Shown: piece by piece, positions 50,788 through 64,000 of the stretch
How positions within the stretch are numbered: position 1 is the first letter of the stretch
How the letters are laid out: each line of letters begins with the position of its first letter
Notes under the pieces: generated by a model
Seen by the model: only the letters and a program-made list of their open reading frames with translations
The model's database searches: none
What the model was told of the DNA's origin: nothing
Origin: Octopus bimaculoides
Taxonomy: Eukaryota
Assembly (NCBI RefSeq): GCF_001194135.2
Contig: NC_068992.1
Location: 5,418,681 to 5,482,680 of the forward strand
Length of the DNA: 64,000 bases
Direction: 5' to 3'
Made by a program: the position numbers and the translations under genes

Positions 50788-52424
50788 TTCAAAATTAGAT
50801 ACAGATATATCCATGTGCGCGCACATAGACACATACATATATACATATATAGAAATGTATACACTCATAAATATTTATGTGCATGGGTGTGAGTTATGCG
50901 TGTGTGTATGTATATATATTTGAGACGTCAACAAAATCGATATATATTACAATCAACGTAAACACACGCGCGCACACACGTACACACACGCATTAAAACA
51001 AAATAAAGCAACTTCTCACGTACAAACGCACGTCGTAAAGTCGGTTCTGCTTCAAACTTTTATGTGTATTTGTTTTTGAAAATGCATTTTCGTTCTAATA
51101 TCAGGTTTTCTTTTGGTTCCTTTCCTTCTATTCTTGTCTTTCTATGTCCTGACTTTATCTATAACAATCTTCTTCCTCTTCTCTCATATCTCTCACTTTT
51201 CTTTGTGTAAGAAATACAAAATCAGTTTTTAACATACGCAGTACCGAACATAGTACCATCATATTTTAACTTGATACACAGATGCGAATTATCACTCAAT
51301 AGCGCGAACATGTGTTCTCTTCTATTCCCTGATATAAATATATATATATATATANNNNNNNNNNNNNNNNNNNNNNNNNNNNNNNNNNNNNNNNNNNNNN
51401 NNNNNNNNNNNNNNNNNNNNNNNNNNNNNNNNNNNNNNNNNNNNNNNNNNNNNNNNNNNNNNNNNNNNNNNNNNNNNNNNNNNNNNNNNNNNNNNNNNNN
51501 NNNNNNNNNNNNNNNNNNNNNNNNNNNNNNNNNNNNNNNNNNNNNNNNNNNNNNNNNNNNNNNNNNNNNNNNNNNNNNNNNNNNNNNNNNNNNNNNNNNN
51601 NNNNNNNNNCAGCGTGTGTGTGTGTGTGTGTATTATTACTTTTTGTCAAGTCATTATAAGAGTAATATCTGTGTGGAGAAATTTATTAATTTGGTATGCA
51701 TGTATGTATATGTTTATATATACATATATGATTTTTATTTATCTATATATGGCTGTATTTATCTATGCATTTAAAGATATACATTTATGTAAATATGTTT
51801 CCTGTATTGTCAGTGCACTTATGACGCATAATTTTATATTTCAACATGAGTAATGTAATAAAGCGAGATACACTATACGGTAGACAGAGAAAGAAAACTA
51901 GTTGCAGTATTACATTATAGCACATAAAATGTATGTTCATACGTGTTCAGTGGATTTTCTACGTAGGTTAATTAACTAACACTCTTTATTCCACATGCGT
52001 GTGATATGAAGACAGTAGTAGCGTCTTATGAGTGAAGATATTGTGAGTACATTCACACAATGTTAAATATGTAAGCTAAAAGCTTCACTGACAATAATTA
52101 TTTCACAGGTGTCGTATGATAAAGACATTTTTTTAAGTATGAGTTAATACGAGGGCATATGAACTTTTGGATACATGAACAAACGAAGACAGCTTTGTGG
52201 AACGAAAATATGCTTCACAGGAAATTGGGTGACAATTAACAGATAACATATGTAGAAGATAGGGTACAAAATGAATAATAACTGTGAAAGAATGAAGTTA
52301 AGTTTCATGAATAACACGTTGCGGATCAAAGCAATTGACTATCTTTCGTAAAGTACTTGTAATATAAATTCAAGTGGACCAATTACTACTAGCAATATTG
52401 GTAGCTTTACAGTGAATTAAGCAG

Positions 52425-52461
<37 letters not shown>

Positions 52462-52471
52462 NNNNNNNNNN

Positions 52472-52508
<37 letters not shown>

Positions 52509-52524
52509 TACACATACGCATACG

Positions 52525-52612
52525 CACTGGATTTGTTAGACAGAAACTGAAAGAAACCCGTCGTATATATGTATATGATAGTGTGTCTGTGTTTGTCACC
52601 CCCAACATCGCT
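52525..52612 (+). mobile_element. Type A SINE internal fragment
   Basis: TGGATTTGTTAGACAGAAACTGAAAGAAACCCGTCGTATATAT...CCCCCAACATCGCT. Confidence 0.8.
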
Positions 52613-53083
52613 GTTTCCTCTATTGTCAGAAAGGGGAGGTAAATGGCATTACAACAAACGATCCGTCAAAGAAAGAAAATAAGTAGAATTTGAAAATATT
52701 TATTGCAATAACAGTCCATGATTAATTAAAGAAGCGAGGTATGTGGTTAATTTCAATAATGATTTTCATAGAAATGAAAACAGTTAATATAGTCAAGCAT
52801 GTAAATATTTCAATATCCCTAAGGCTGAACATACAATAAGCAAGAATAAGAAATATTGAATGGTCGATTAGCGCCTGACGCATGAATATATAAATTTTGA
52901 CCACAAGCATATGTAGATCTGCATTGTAGTCCTAAACACAAAAGAAAATTATTTAATATATCAGCATTGTTTGCCGATTTTAGAAATGAAGACGATATAT
53001 TAAAGGTCTTGTGAACAACTTGAAAAAAAATTAATTTGAAGACGCTGTAATTTGTTCAATACAATACAACCATATATAAATGA

Positions 53084-53122
<39 letters not shown>

Positions 53123-54545
53123 CCCCACGTTGTGAGTTGTAATGTAACATATATTTTTATAAAAGTATATATAACAAATATATATATAAAAAATAAAATT
53201 TATATAGCTTTGATATAGTTTTAATATATTTTGTAGTGAAAGTGTATCGTGTTTGTCGACCAGCTTCACTGCCGCTAATCACGACATTGAAATTATTNNN
53301 NNNNNNNNNNNNNNNNNNNNNNNNNNNNNNNNNNNNNNNNNNNNNNNNNNNNNNNNNNNNNNNNNNNNNNNNNNNNNNNNNNNNNNNNNNNNNNNNNNNN
53401 NNNNNNNNNNNNNNNNNNNNNNNNNNNNNNNNNNNNNNNNNNNNNNNNNNNNNNNNNNNNNNNNNNNNNNNNNNNNNNNNNNNNNNNNNNNNNNNNNNNN
53501 NNNNNNNNNNNNNNNNNNNNNNNNNNNNNTATATATATACATATGTAAGCGTATCAATGAAAATAAATTCATAAAAATTTTAGTTATCCCCTAATCAGTT
53601 CCGAGTTCTGGATCAATCCAAAATGACTTTACCGTCATCAGCGAGGAACACAAAATGAAAATAAAATGAAATAATTCTCCATATCTACAGAAAAGCAGAA
53701 GCAAAGTCATGAATGCATTTAAGTACTCTAAATATATTCAAGTATAATTTCCGTACCAAGTTTCAATGCATGTGTTGCCGGTCAGGAAGCGCACTCATAT
53801 TTTTTCTTTTCCTTGTTCGAATTTGTAACTGACGAAAATATGATGTAATTATATTCCCAATACATGAATAGCAATCTAAAAATAAATATGCTCCAATCAA
53901 GAGAAAGATACACCTCTTGTAGATAGAACGTGATTTCCAGAAAAAAATCTTAAATAATTGGTGTTAGTATACATGGTGATGGCCAGGGTTATCAATTGCC
54001 AGGTTTCAGATTTATTTGAAAAGATTTACAATACATACAGTTAAAAAAATAATTAAAACTGATATAAATAGGGAATCCTATAAAATTGTATTAATGAACG
54101 TCTAAGAGAAATTTCTTTACCAATTATTCACAATATTCATGCTTGCATACAGATACAAAAATATACGCTGTCAGAGAGGGCCCAGGGTACCAGAATATGA
54201 GCTCAATTCCCTCAACATGCAACAACTAGGAAGTAACAATCAGTACTCAGAAGAGCACCAATATGCACTGCAGAAGCCATATTTTGAATCAACAATTCAC
54301 TATCTAAGCGGACAATTGTTGACAGGTTCACGTAACCCGGCAGCACACTCTCCAGACTTTTTTAACATTGACGATATATTTAACACACGCATCGCAAAGG
54401 ATTTTCAGCATTGGAGAAGTTGCAACAATCAGTCTTCTGTATTAATCAAACAATATGTGTGTGTGTGGAGTATGTGTGCGTGTGCACGCGTGAGCGCTAA
54501 TGTATATTATATACATATCTCTAAAGCACTCACTTTGTACTATGT

Positions 54546-54579
<34 letters not shown>

Positions 54580-54630
54580 AAACACACATATATATATATA
54601 TATGTATTAGAGGGGTATCTTTTAGTTTCT

Positions 54631-54830
54631 TATTTCTTTATTGCCTACAAGAGGCTAAACATAGAGGGAACAAACAAGGACAGACAAAGGTAATAAATTG
54701 ATTACATCGACCCCCAAAGGATGAAAGGCAAAGTCAACCTCGGCGGAATTCGAACTCAGAACGTAACGGCACACGAAATACCGCTAGGCATTTCGCCCGG
54801 CGCGCTAACGTTTCTGCCAGCTCGCCGTCC
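54631..54830 (-). mobile_element. Type B tRNA-derived SINE with perfect 13-bp TSD
   Basis: TSD TCTTTTAGTTTCT at 54618-54630 and 54831-54843. Head GGCGAGCTGGCAGAAACG..., B-box GAGTTCGAATTCC. Confidence 0.92.
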
Positions 54831-55030
54831 TCTTTTAGTTTCTGCCAACCCAAACTGACACGCTGTGTGACTCAACTCGAAACAAAACCGTTGGAAGCCC
54901 GACTCCTGCTGCGAAGCTTCTATCTATCTATCTATCTATCTATATATGCATATATATNNNNNNNNNNNNNNNNNNNNNNNNNNNNNNNNNNNNNNNNNNN
55001 NNNNNNNNNNNNNNNNNNNNNNNNNNNNNN

Positions 55031-55092
<62 letters not shown>

Positions 55093-55551
55093 ACATATAT
55101 AGGTGCATTCTTACATGCACACATATCTGAATATTTACACGTGAACTCAGAAACAGAGACACGTACATACTTGTATATTTTCCTCCTTTATCGCATAAAC
55201 ATTCCTGATATTTGTTTGATCTACTGTATAAAAATTTCCCGTCGAGTGTCTTTAAAAAAATACTTCATTATCCTCAAAAAATATATATATTTTGGTTTGT
55301 GGCCAAATGTCTAATAGTCTTCCTCTTCTTTATTTATGCATTCATTCAGCCATCCTACTTAATTTGCTTTTTTTTTTTGTAATGTATTTCTCTTTATGTT
55401 AGCCTGTTTAATTCTCATTCTGTCTCCACCTGTCTCTTTCACTTACTCTCTCTCTCTCTCTCTCTCTCGCCTGTCAGCCTATTTATATGCACCTCATACG
55501 CTCTCTACTTGTCTTTCTTTTGTCTTTCCTTCTAATTTTCTCTCAGTCCTA

Positions 55552-55613
<62 letters not shown>

Positions 55614-55614
55614 A

Positions 55615-55654
<40 letters not shown>
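55552..55654. repeat. (ATCT)n microsatellite
   Basis: Direct tandem units. Confidence 0.95.
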
Positions 55655-55657
<3 letters not shown>

Positions 55658-57445
55658 TATACGTTTCTTTTCACAGTAGAATATTGTTTAATATTTCGTT
55701 TTGTTCATGTACTATTTCCTATTTCCCATGATACTATCGATTGGTTTATTTTTCTTATATTTTCCTAATTCATTTAATTTAATTCTTTTTTATTCTAATA
55801 GTAGATTTGTTATTTCCAGGTCCTCGATTATTTGACATATTTTTTCTTACGGCACTTTGGAGGGCCTTAGACTGCAGTAATTATAATCGTACAAATCTTT
55901 CCTCCCCTTCCTTAATACTCATTGCTATTCAGCTCAGGGTCACTAAACACTGAACACTATAAAAATTGGTTATCAACAACGCCGACCACGTCATGAAATA
56001 TACCAGCATTTCCTCTTCCTATGTAAGCTACTATACCATCAGTATCAGCATTTCAACCTATTTTACTGCTAGAAATTGCTTTGCTAAAACAAACCCTCAC
56101 AATCATTCGCTATCAAACTACCACATATACTTCCAGGGCTAACACTCTTTTTTTATTTAAGCACCATCACTGAAATATGCAACAGTATCATAGTCGGACG
56201 TTGATGACAGTTAAAAGCAATACCTGGTTTCATAACAAAAGCCACATTTAAAGACTATTAGTTTTACGTACACAAATCCACTACAGCCAACCAAAAATTA
56301 TCGCTATCTTTACTTCTATCTTTACTACAGCTCATGACTGTTTCCACCACATCACCACATTTCAAGGAATCCTGTTTCTTTTCTTCTTTTTCTTTTTCTA
56401 TTGAATTTATCTTTAATATTTTTTCTACTCAATGAAAAAGATTGATAGTTATCGAGTATAATACAATGAAGATAAAGCGGAAACGTGAATAAAAAATATA
56501 TAAAATTAATGTTAATATGAGAACAAGAGGTGTTTCTGGTTTGTTAGAGAAAATGACAGAATCACAATCGAATCAACTATATAAATCTCCATAAGAATAG
56601 CCAGGCTTTCAATATTAATGGTTCCCTCTTTTAAATTCTTTCGGTCATAACCTCCGGTCTTCTGTCCGCAAGACATATACAGACGCGTATAGAAAACTTC
56701 ACGCAAATACATTCTCACACTGGCTATTTACAAACAACTGGAAGAATCCAACTTATCAAAATAAGTAGGTTAAATGCTCAAACATTGAGGCATATATTAT
56801 ATTCCTACTGAGTCTTACATTGCATTTTGTTAAAGTATGCAAATTTATGTTAATGCACTGATATCTAAATAAAATAGAGTTTTATGGATATGTTGATCAA
56901 GCTCTCTGTATTGCCATAAGGGCATATGTTTTACTGACGCTTATCATTCAGAAGGATGCAATGTGATGTAGAGATATAAAGCTGCATTTACAAGAATGAA
57001 TTGAACACTGGGATACATTTATTCTGCGATACGCTGTACAATGTTACTGCTAAGTAATAAGGTTATTGTTGCAGAACACAGACAAGTTTGTTGTGGTAAC
57101 TAAAAACTATTTCGAGAACATATGGCACTAAGTATTGGAAAATCGATGATCAAATGTAACACACTCATCAGCACAAGAAAATAAGATGTTTTAATGAGAG
57201 AATAACACTATCAGAATAAAAGAAAACGCCGATACTGACACAATTATAATTCAGCAGAAATATATGGGTGCATAAATATGAAAACGGTATGTATAAATGT
57301 GTGTGTGTGTATATGCATATGTATTTGTGTGTAAAGGTGTTTGTATGTATGAATGTATGCATGTGTGTGCATGCACTTAAACATTCACAATTTTTTTATG
57401 ATGTCTTATACAATGAGACTCATAGAAAATATATTTCGTAGCTCA

Positions 57446-57569
57446 TGGTACGAAATATGCTACAAACAAGGTTCCAGGTTCAGTCCCACTGCGTGCCACC
57501 TTAGGAATGTGTCTTCTAATGTAGGCTTGTGAGTGGATTTGGTAGACGGAAACTGAAAGAATCCTATCG

Positions 57570-57615
<46 letters not shown>

Positions 57616-57804
57616 TATTTTTCCCAAACATCGCTTGACGACCGATGTTGGCGTGTTTACGTACCCGTAACTCAGGGATTCACCAAAAGTGAACGATAGA
57701 ATAATTACTAGGCTTACAAAGATTAAGCCCTTGGATCGATTTGTTCGACTAAAGGCGGTGATCCAGCATGGCCGCAAGCATATGACTGAAACAAATAAAA
57801 GAAT
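57446..57804 (+). mobile_element. Type A SINE, near full length with an internal shortening
   Basis: GGTTCCAGGTTCAGTCCCACTGCGTG..., GAGTGGATTTGGTAGACGGAAACTGAAAG..., tail CGACTAAAGGCGG..CCAGCATGGCCGC..TGACTGAAACAA. Confidence 0.88.
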
Positions 57805-57852
57805 ATATATATATTTATATATATATATATATATATAATATATATATATATT

Positions 57853-58005
57853 TATACGACGATCTTCTTTCAGTTCTTGTCTAAAAAATTCACTCAGAAG
57901 GCTTTGGTCATCCGAAGGCTATAGTTGAAGTCTTTTGCCGAATGTGCCACACAGTGGGGGCTGAATACGGAACCATGTGGTAGGGAAACAAACGCTTGCA
58001 CATAG
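57853..58005 (-). mobile_element. Type A SINE 5' half, inverted relative to the adjacent copy
   Basis: TACGAC..CTTCTTTCAGT..TTCACTCAGAAGGCTTTGGTC..GGCTATAG..TGCCACACAGTGGG..CTGAA..GGAACCATGTGG. Confidence 0.8.
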
Positions 58006-59251
58006 GCTTAAGACTATTACATTTGAAGCATATTCCTCAATTTCTGAAAATTGTCTCTGAAAGAAATCATTGTTAAAATAGAAGGAAAATGCTAGCATTT
58101 CCCACACTTCCATGGCTTAAGCCTTGAGACAAGCATATGACTACTAGCAGGATCAACCAAATATTTATCCCAATATTTTGATGCAACCTCATTCTATTCA
58201 ATTGGGGAAGCCAGTCTATCTCCTCCGTGGTCATTTATTATACTAGACATTGCAGAGATCAATTGCGACACAGAATGACTCCTTTCTCATAATTGTAATT
58301 CAATCAGCAATTCAATAAGCAATGAGAAGATAAATGGAGGTTTGTCAAATCTCATTCCTATAGTATTGTTGATTTTTTTTTTTTAATTTACACCCCGACA
58401 TAATCGAAATAAAGCCGAATTGAAAGTTATTTGTCGAATGTTTCATTAAAAGATACTTATATTTGCTAAAATCTGTGAGGAAAGAAATCTCAGGAGTGTG
58501 AAATAGAAACACTTGTGCTTTAAATGTTTTTTCTACAAATACTTAGATTATGACAACCTATTCTATCTAAAACATAAGTAGGGAAACATTCACGAATAAA
58601 TATCCGTTTTATTGAGCGTTATGAAGAAACTCACATATTACTGTAGCTATACTCTAAATTTACTGAGTACAGTAAGATGAATAAAGTACACAAAAGAAAA
58701 TTTGACGTAATATATGAGAATGTTTAACACATCAATGCAATCAAATGTGTGAATATATTTAAGGAGGTAATCGAGAATCACGGAGGTGTGGTATATCGCA
58801 AGTTGACTTTTCTATAAACTTTAATTTTAACGTCGTTGAAAGTAAAAAGTAACTGTGAATGGAATTTCGAATGAAATTCAAAGTAAATTCTAGCATTGTA
58901 TGATTTAATAATGTTCTATGGAGAGATTAGAATATAAATGTATGGATTGATATAGCGAAATATTATTCTATAATCTCATTTAAAGTTAGCAAATTATTGG
59001 CGTCTCTCATAAAAAAAAATCTTGTAAATGTATAGTTACGTTCGTATATGCATAATAAGAGAAAGGTCTTTTGAAATATTAAAAAAAGGGGTACAGAATG
59101 ACAAGGGCCCTGCATAATTCCATGAAGTTATTCTTTTAAAACCTCAGAGATCTCTATTAAATAAATTATTTCTAGAATATATTTTCGATTTCATCGTAAA
59201 ATTTAATCATATTTTTAAGTATCTAATCTATGAAACCATTAAACAATGTGT

Positions 59252-59294
<43 letters not shown>

Positions 59295-59510
59295 NNNNNN
59301 NNNNNNNNNNNNNNNNNNNNNNNNNNNNNNNNNNNNNNNNNNNNNNNNNNNNNNNNNNNNNNNNNNNNNNNNNNNNNNNNNNNNNNNNNNNNNNNNNNNN
59401 NNNNNNNNNNNNNNNNNNNNNNNNNNNNNNNNNNNNNNNNNNNNNNNNNNNNNNNNNNNNNNNNNNNNNNNNNNNNNNNNNNNNNNNNNNNNNNNNNNNN
59501 NNNNNNNNNN

Positions 59511-59557
<47 letters not shown>

Positions 59558-60243
59558 AGTAGAATATAACTGGTGATACGCACATGCCCCGACGCACGCT
59601 TTTCATAATCCTCCTGCCTATTGCCAAATATTTTGAATCGTTTCTATAAGTGAAAAACAACAAAGTTTTCGTAAATACCAGCAAATCGCTTACCATTAGC
59701 CAAGCTGTCTGGTGCTGGTTAAATCTTAAATTATCTGATTGAAATAGAGGCTTAGATGCTACTAATAGGATATTTCTATGCATTGATCTGTTTTCTATAT
59801 TTTTTGAAAGAATTCTCTTATATGTAATTACTTCAGGCTTCAAAATGTTTCTAATAATTTTATATACACTTTGGTGGAATAAATTCAATAATACCGGCGA
59901 CCGCCAAACGGAATGTCTCATTTGAAAATATATTAGGCACGTGATGTGAATTTAACATAATCTGTACTTTTGATACAGCTTATTTATTTCTACCTTCTTC
60001 ACTTCGATACGTTTCCCTTGAAATCCGTAATAGGATTCATGGTGTCAAAGAAATTGTAAACCGCACATATATAGGAAACTTACCGTAACAATGAACCATT
60101 TGTATATGATTGTATACTCAACCGTTTCAGTATAATAATGTTCTTCAATATTCTTTGTGCAGGGCATTCTAAAAAACCTGAACTCATATTCCTCTAGTAT
60201 GTAAAGAAGGCAAGAAATGAATTATGACAAATAACAATACCTG

Positions 60244-60292
60244 TAATAGTAGTAGTAGTAGTAGTAGTAGTAGTAGCAGCAGCAGCAGTAGT
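60244..60292. repeat. (TAG)n/(CAG)n trinucleotide repeat
   Basis: Direct tandem units. Confidence 0.9.
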
Positions 60293-60662
60293 AATTGTTG
60301 TTGCTGCGGTTGTTTAGAACTCAATCGAACCTGAGCGTGTACACCCATACTGAGATACTATGGTGCAGACTCCTGTTACATTTTTTTTATATAACATTAC
60401 CACACTGCTTAAGAAGTCTGTAAAGTGAAAAGATTGTTGCTTTGATTAGTGTAATATTGGCAGCAAATGCTTACTTTGGAGGACCCGATCTGCGATTTCA
60501 TTTTCTGTTGTTAATTTAGAATATGAATTTGTTGGTAATTTTAATTCTCCTTATTCTCAATTTCCTTATATATATATATATATATAAAACTCGTCTAAGT
60601 AATATAGATTTTCTTTAAAATGCAACTATCTAAGTAAGATTTCCCAGATTTGTAACATATAT

Positions 60663-60879
60663 TCTTTTCTACGCTAGGCACATGGCCCGAAATATTTGGG
60701 GAGGTGAGCAGTTGATTAGACCTATCTCAGTACGCAACCGGTAATTAATTAACTTATCGACCCCGAAAGGATGAAAGGCAAAGTCGACCTCGGCGGAATT
60801 TGAACTCAGAACGTAACGGCAGAGAAATACCGCTAAGCATTTCGCCCGGCGTGCTAACGTTTCTGCCAGCTCGCCGCCG
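60663..60879 (-). mobile_element. Type B tRNA-derived SINE, full length, perfect 14-bp TSD
   Basis: TSD TTTGTAACATATAT at 60649-60662 and 60880-60893. Central GTCGACTTTGCCTTTCATCCTTTCGGGGTCGATAA domain; B-box GAGTTCAAATTCC. Confidence 0.93.
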
Positions 60880-62473
60880 TTTGTAACATATATATATTCC
60901 AATGAAAGTAATGTTCTGTGACTTTATTCGTCCCTTTGTGTCTTTAGTTATAGAAAAAACTATAATCTCGCATATATTTATGGGGATAAATTTTGTTACA
61001 TTCGCGTCTTTGTGAGAATATCGTTCGCTCTAATCTTTTGGATGTTACAGCAAAGTAATCCGAAGGCAAAATAAATAAATCTGGAACTTTGCAACAGTTA
61101 ATCACCAGAAACATCACAGCTACAAAAGCGATAACTGTAGATTATTTCTTCAAGGCTCTCATTTATTTATCAAGAACATGATAGGAAACATGTGTATAAT
61201 AAAATAAGTAGCATTTTGATCATATTTTCTCACATTTTTTTATTCGTGTGTATACTTTCCGTTTTCTTATGCTATGCTTCGTTGTCCCTGAGGTGGCGTA
61301 GTTTTGAAGTAGAAAAAAACAATGTACCTAATCTTCCAACGAACTATTTTATAACACTTCGAACGACACCCCAACAATACACAGAAGAAAATGTAGCTAG
61401 CAAAAAAACGTTTAATATTTACACTGATTTATATAAACATATAACCAAATTCTAAAAAAAATAAAATCATCCCTGTAGGCGTTTCTTCATATTTATTTTG
61501 ACAGTGTAAAAGAAAAAAGAAATCAAATGTTATAAAAAGAAATAATGTGTGCCCTCCAAAGTAGTGTAAAGCAAAATAAAAATCATACCACTCTCTTCTT
61601 ATGACACCAAAATAACAATCTTTATTGCATTTGAAATCGAAATGGCAAAATTAATCAATAAGAGTGATGCCAGCATGGCTCAGAGTGAGGAAAGGAATAG
61701 ATATAATTTCTTTACTCTATACTTTGTTTTCCTTGTATTTTTCTATTTTCTTATAAAATATTCTAATTTTTTTCTGGCATGTTTTTCTAAAAGTATTCTG
61801 ATAAAATTATCAACAAATTACCAAGAAAATATAAGAAATGTGACGAAGTGAAGACATTTATTTACATTGACATATGTGGGTATAATTGTGTGTGCGTGTG
61901 TGTGTGTATGTGTGTGTGTCTATGTGTTTGTGTGTGTATGTGTGTGTTTGTTTTGTACATATTTGCATTTCCGTGAATACATGTTTTATAATCATAGGTC
62001 GTCTAAACAAGATATTTAATCACGGTGAGTGCACAGTTCAATGTGTCACACCATTTCAGTTTAATATGTAGGTGATTTAAACAAACAAGTATGCATACAA
62101 AATATACCACGTGAATTGAATAGTGTTTATACGCATCTAGTCAGCACGCGGGAAATTTGAACTGTAACTGACATTTCTCATCCGCCACTGTCGAACAAAA
62201 TGTAGTTAATCATTTAGCCTCATTGTTGCAGTTGTTGACATAAGAAACATTTCTGAAATATTGATATTATATAATAATATTGACAGAATAGCTACTTTAT
62301 GAAATTCACTAATATTAATAGTCTGATTATAGGTGGAAGGAAAATTAAATGAATTCGCGAATTAGGCAAAAATTATATTTCTCCATACAGCCGGAACAGA
62401 AAATGATAGTAGCAATGTCGGTACTGGTATCGTAAGAAAAGGAAAAAAGAAATTCTAAATCACAATTTGATAA

Positions 62474-63115
62474 TAGCAGGTCATCTCATAAGTTCTTTCT
62501 GAATTTTGAATAAAGAAAATAAGTGATCACATGTTATATTTAATTGAAATTTAATCATCAATGTACTATACCTGTTTATCTATGACTTCCTTCCATCTAT
62601 TTACAAGCTTTTTTAATTCCATCAATGTAAAACTCTTTTGGTTTCAAAGCGACCTCCTCCTGGCTTGCGAAAGTTATGTACTCCAAATGATTCTGTAAAG
62701 TACGAAACAAATGGTAATCTGAATGAGCAAGGTCGAGAGAATAAAGTTGGATGAGGAATTTTTTCCCAACCAATCTCTTCGATCTTCTGTGACGTGATCT
62801 TTGCAGTGCGGTGTCGCGCATTGTCCTGATGAAACATCACTCCTTTTCGATTCACTGAAGCGGCTCTTTTTTTTTCTTCAAAGCTTGGTTCAAATGCTCT
62901 AATTGCTGACAGTAGATTAAACATTGATTGTTGCATTAGGTGGTAACAGTTCAAAGTGAATTACTTCTTTGCAATCCCACCAGATAGAGAGAAGAACCTT
63001 TTTTCCCATGAAGTTCCCTTCTCGGTTGTGGTTGTGCTTTTCCTCTTTTACCAAGCCACTGTTTACGACGTTTAAAATTTCGATAGAAGATCCATTTTTC
63101 GTCACCAGTTACTAT
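62474..63115 (-). mobile_element. Mariner (DD34D-type) transposon, 3' half, frameshifted transposase pseudogene plus 3' TIR
   Basis: IVTGDEKWIFY...KKVLLSIWWD..VIHFELLP..TIN / YCQQL..VMFHQDNAR.RTA..GWE.IPHP / YSLDLAHSDYHLF..LQ. TIR-like AAGAACTTATGAGATGACCTGCTA at 62474-62497. Confidence 0.93.
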
Positions 63116-64000
63116 ATAAAGTATACTGCCTTTATCAAGATTCCTTTACGAAATAACAGTAAATAATCAATAGCAGCGCCTCCAATTTACACGTATTGGG
63201 AAACGAAATACAAGCCATTGATATTCATAGATGCAACCCCGCAAAAATCTGTAATAACGCAACACTGCAAACACAAAGGAGACACTGGAGATATTCAGAT
63301 TGTTTCAAATAATTCCTCTACGATGTCTCTTGTGCGCAGAATCTTATGAAATATTCTTAATGAATATATTGTAGATTACAGAAGGAAAATTCAGTCAACA
63401 TTTAAAAGAACAAGGATCAATTCATCTTCCACGTAGCATTGGATTTTCTTTGTCATTGATAGGCCTCAAATCAAGAATATCACTTACGCCATTAATGAAG
63501 ACATTTCGGGAAACATAAGGTTTTTCAGATTCGTTTCTGATAGTATTTTATGCAGAACTAATTATTGTTGCTTGGCATTTTATTTCAAATAAAAACATAA
63601 CAATAGTGTCCTATATATTCGATCCACTGTAATTATGGTAACTCTGTTGATTTATAACCCATGCTTAATTTGATTTGCATAGTATCTAAGGGAATACTTT
63701 GATCAGCATTTGTGATTTTATAGCTCATTTATATCACTTTTAAGATGCTATCTGTACGAGGATGTAGAACATTTAGTCCTTCCAAATAAAATTCTATTTT
63801 GCAATCACAGGAAATATTTGACATATATTAATGTAAAACCTACTTAATTTAGCTTGAGGTATAACATATTTATACGTATAACGCGGAGGTCGTTGGTGAT
63901 AGAGATTATGTTAAAGATAATTGGGAAATAGGATTATCAAAGCATGTTGATTTTAAAGATGTGAAATAAAATAACGACGTTTCTCTAGATCAACGCTAAT

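Noticed and set aside
54139-54693. 184-aa ORF as a gene, or a LINE C-terminal remnant in another frame
   Set aside because: The C-terminal half is microsatellite, and the alternative frame has many stops with only vague similarity (SRLF..L).
55880-56370. C/A-rich block as a Penelope RT remnant
   Set aside because: Only faint motif resemblance (LV..D....YTSI); not enough evidence.
63300-63800. Minus-strand WIEYIGH/KMP peptides as Gypsy RT
   Set aside because: Too degenerate, with many stops; needs a profile search.

Overview
This is AT-rich, microsatellite-dense eukaryotic DNA with 12 assembly gaps. The SINE content and the (TA)n/(CA)n/(GATA)n landscape point to an octopus genome; this is an inference from remembered repeat sequences, not a database match. 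I found no supportable host protein-coding exon, rRNA, true tRNA or CRISPR array, and most listed ORFs are microsatellite or N artefacts. The window holds many tRNA-derived SINE copies of at least four types (labelled A-D here), three of them with target-site duplications. It also holds decayed autonomous-element fragments (Penelope-like RT, RLE-type non-LTR endonuclease, a mariner DD34D transposase 3' half, a second Tc1/mariner fragment) and MITE-like inverted-repeat elements. The most notable signal is a set of hammerhead-ribozyme (HHR) motifs from three unrelated short repeats. The first is a fully canonical type I HHR on the minus strand (25333-25375), at the tip of a long extended helix inside a roughly 280-nt highly structured, retrozyme-like element. 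The second is a minimal HHR variant 250 nt upstream of it on the same strand. The third is a tRNA-headed, (AAT)n-containing SINE-like family whose 3' tail carries a minimal Penelope-type HHR (two decayed copies). All structures were read by eye; none was computed or tested.
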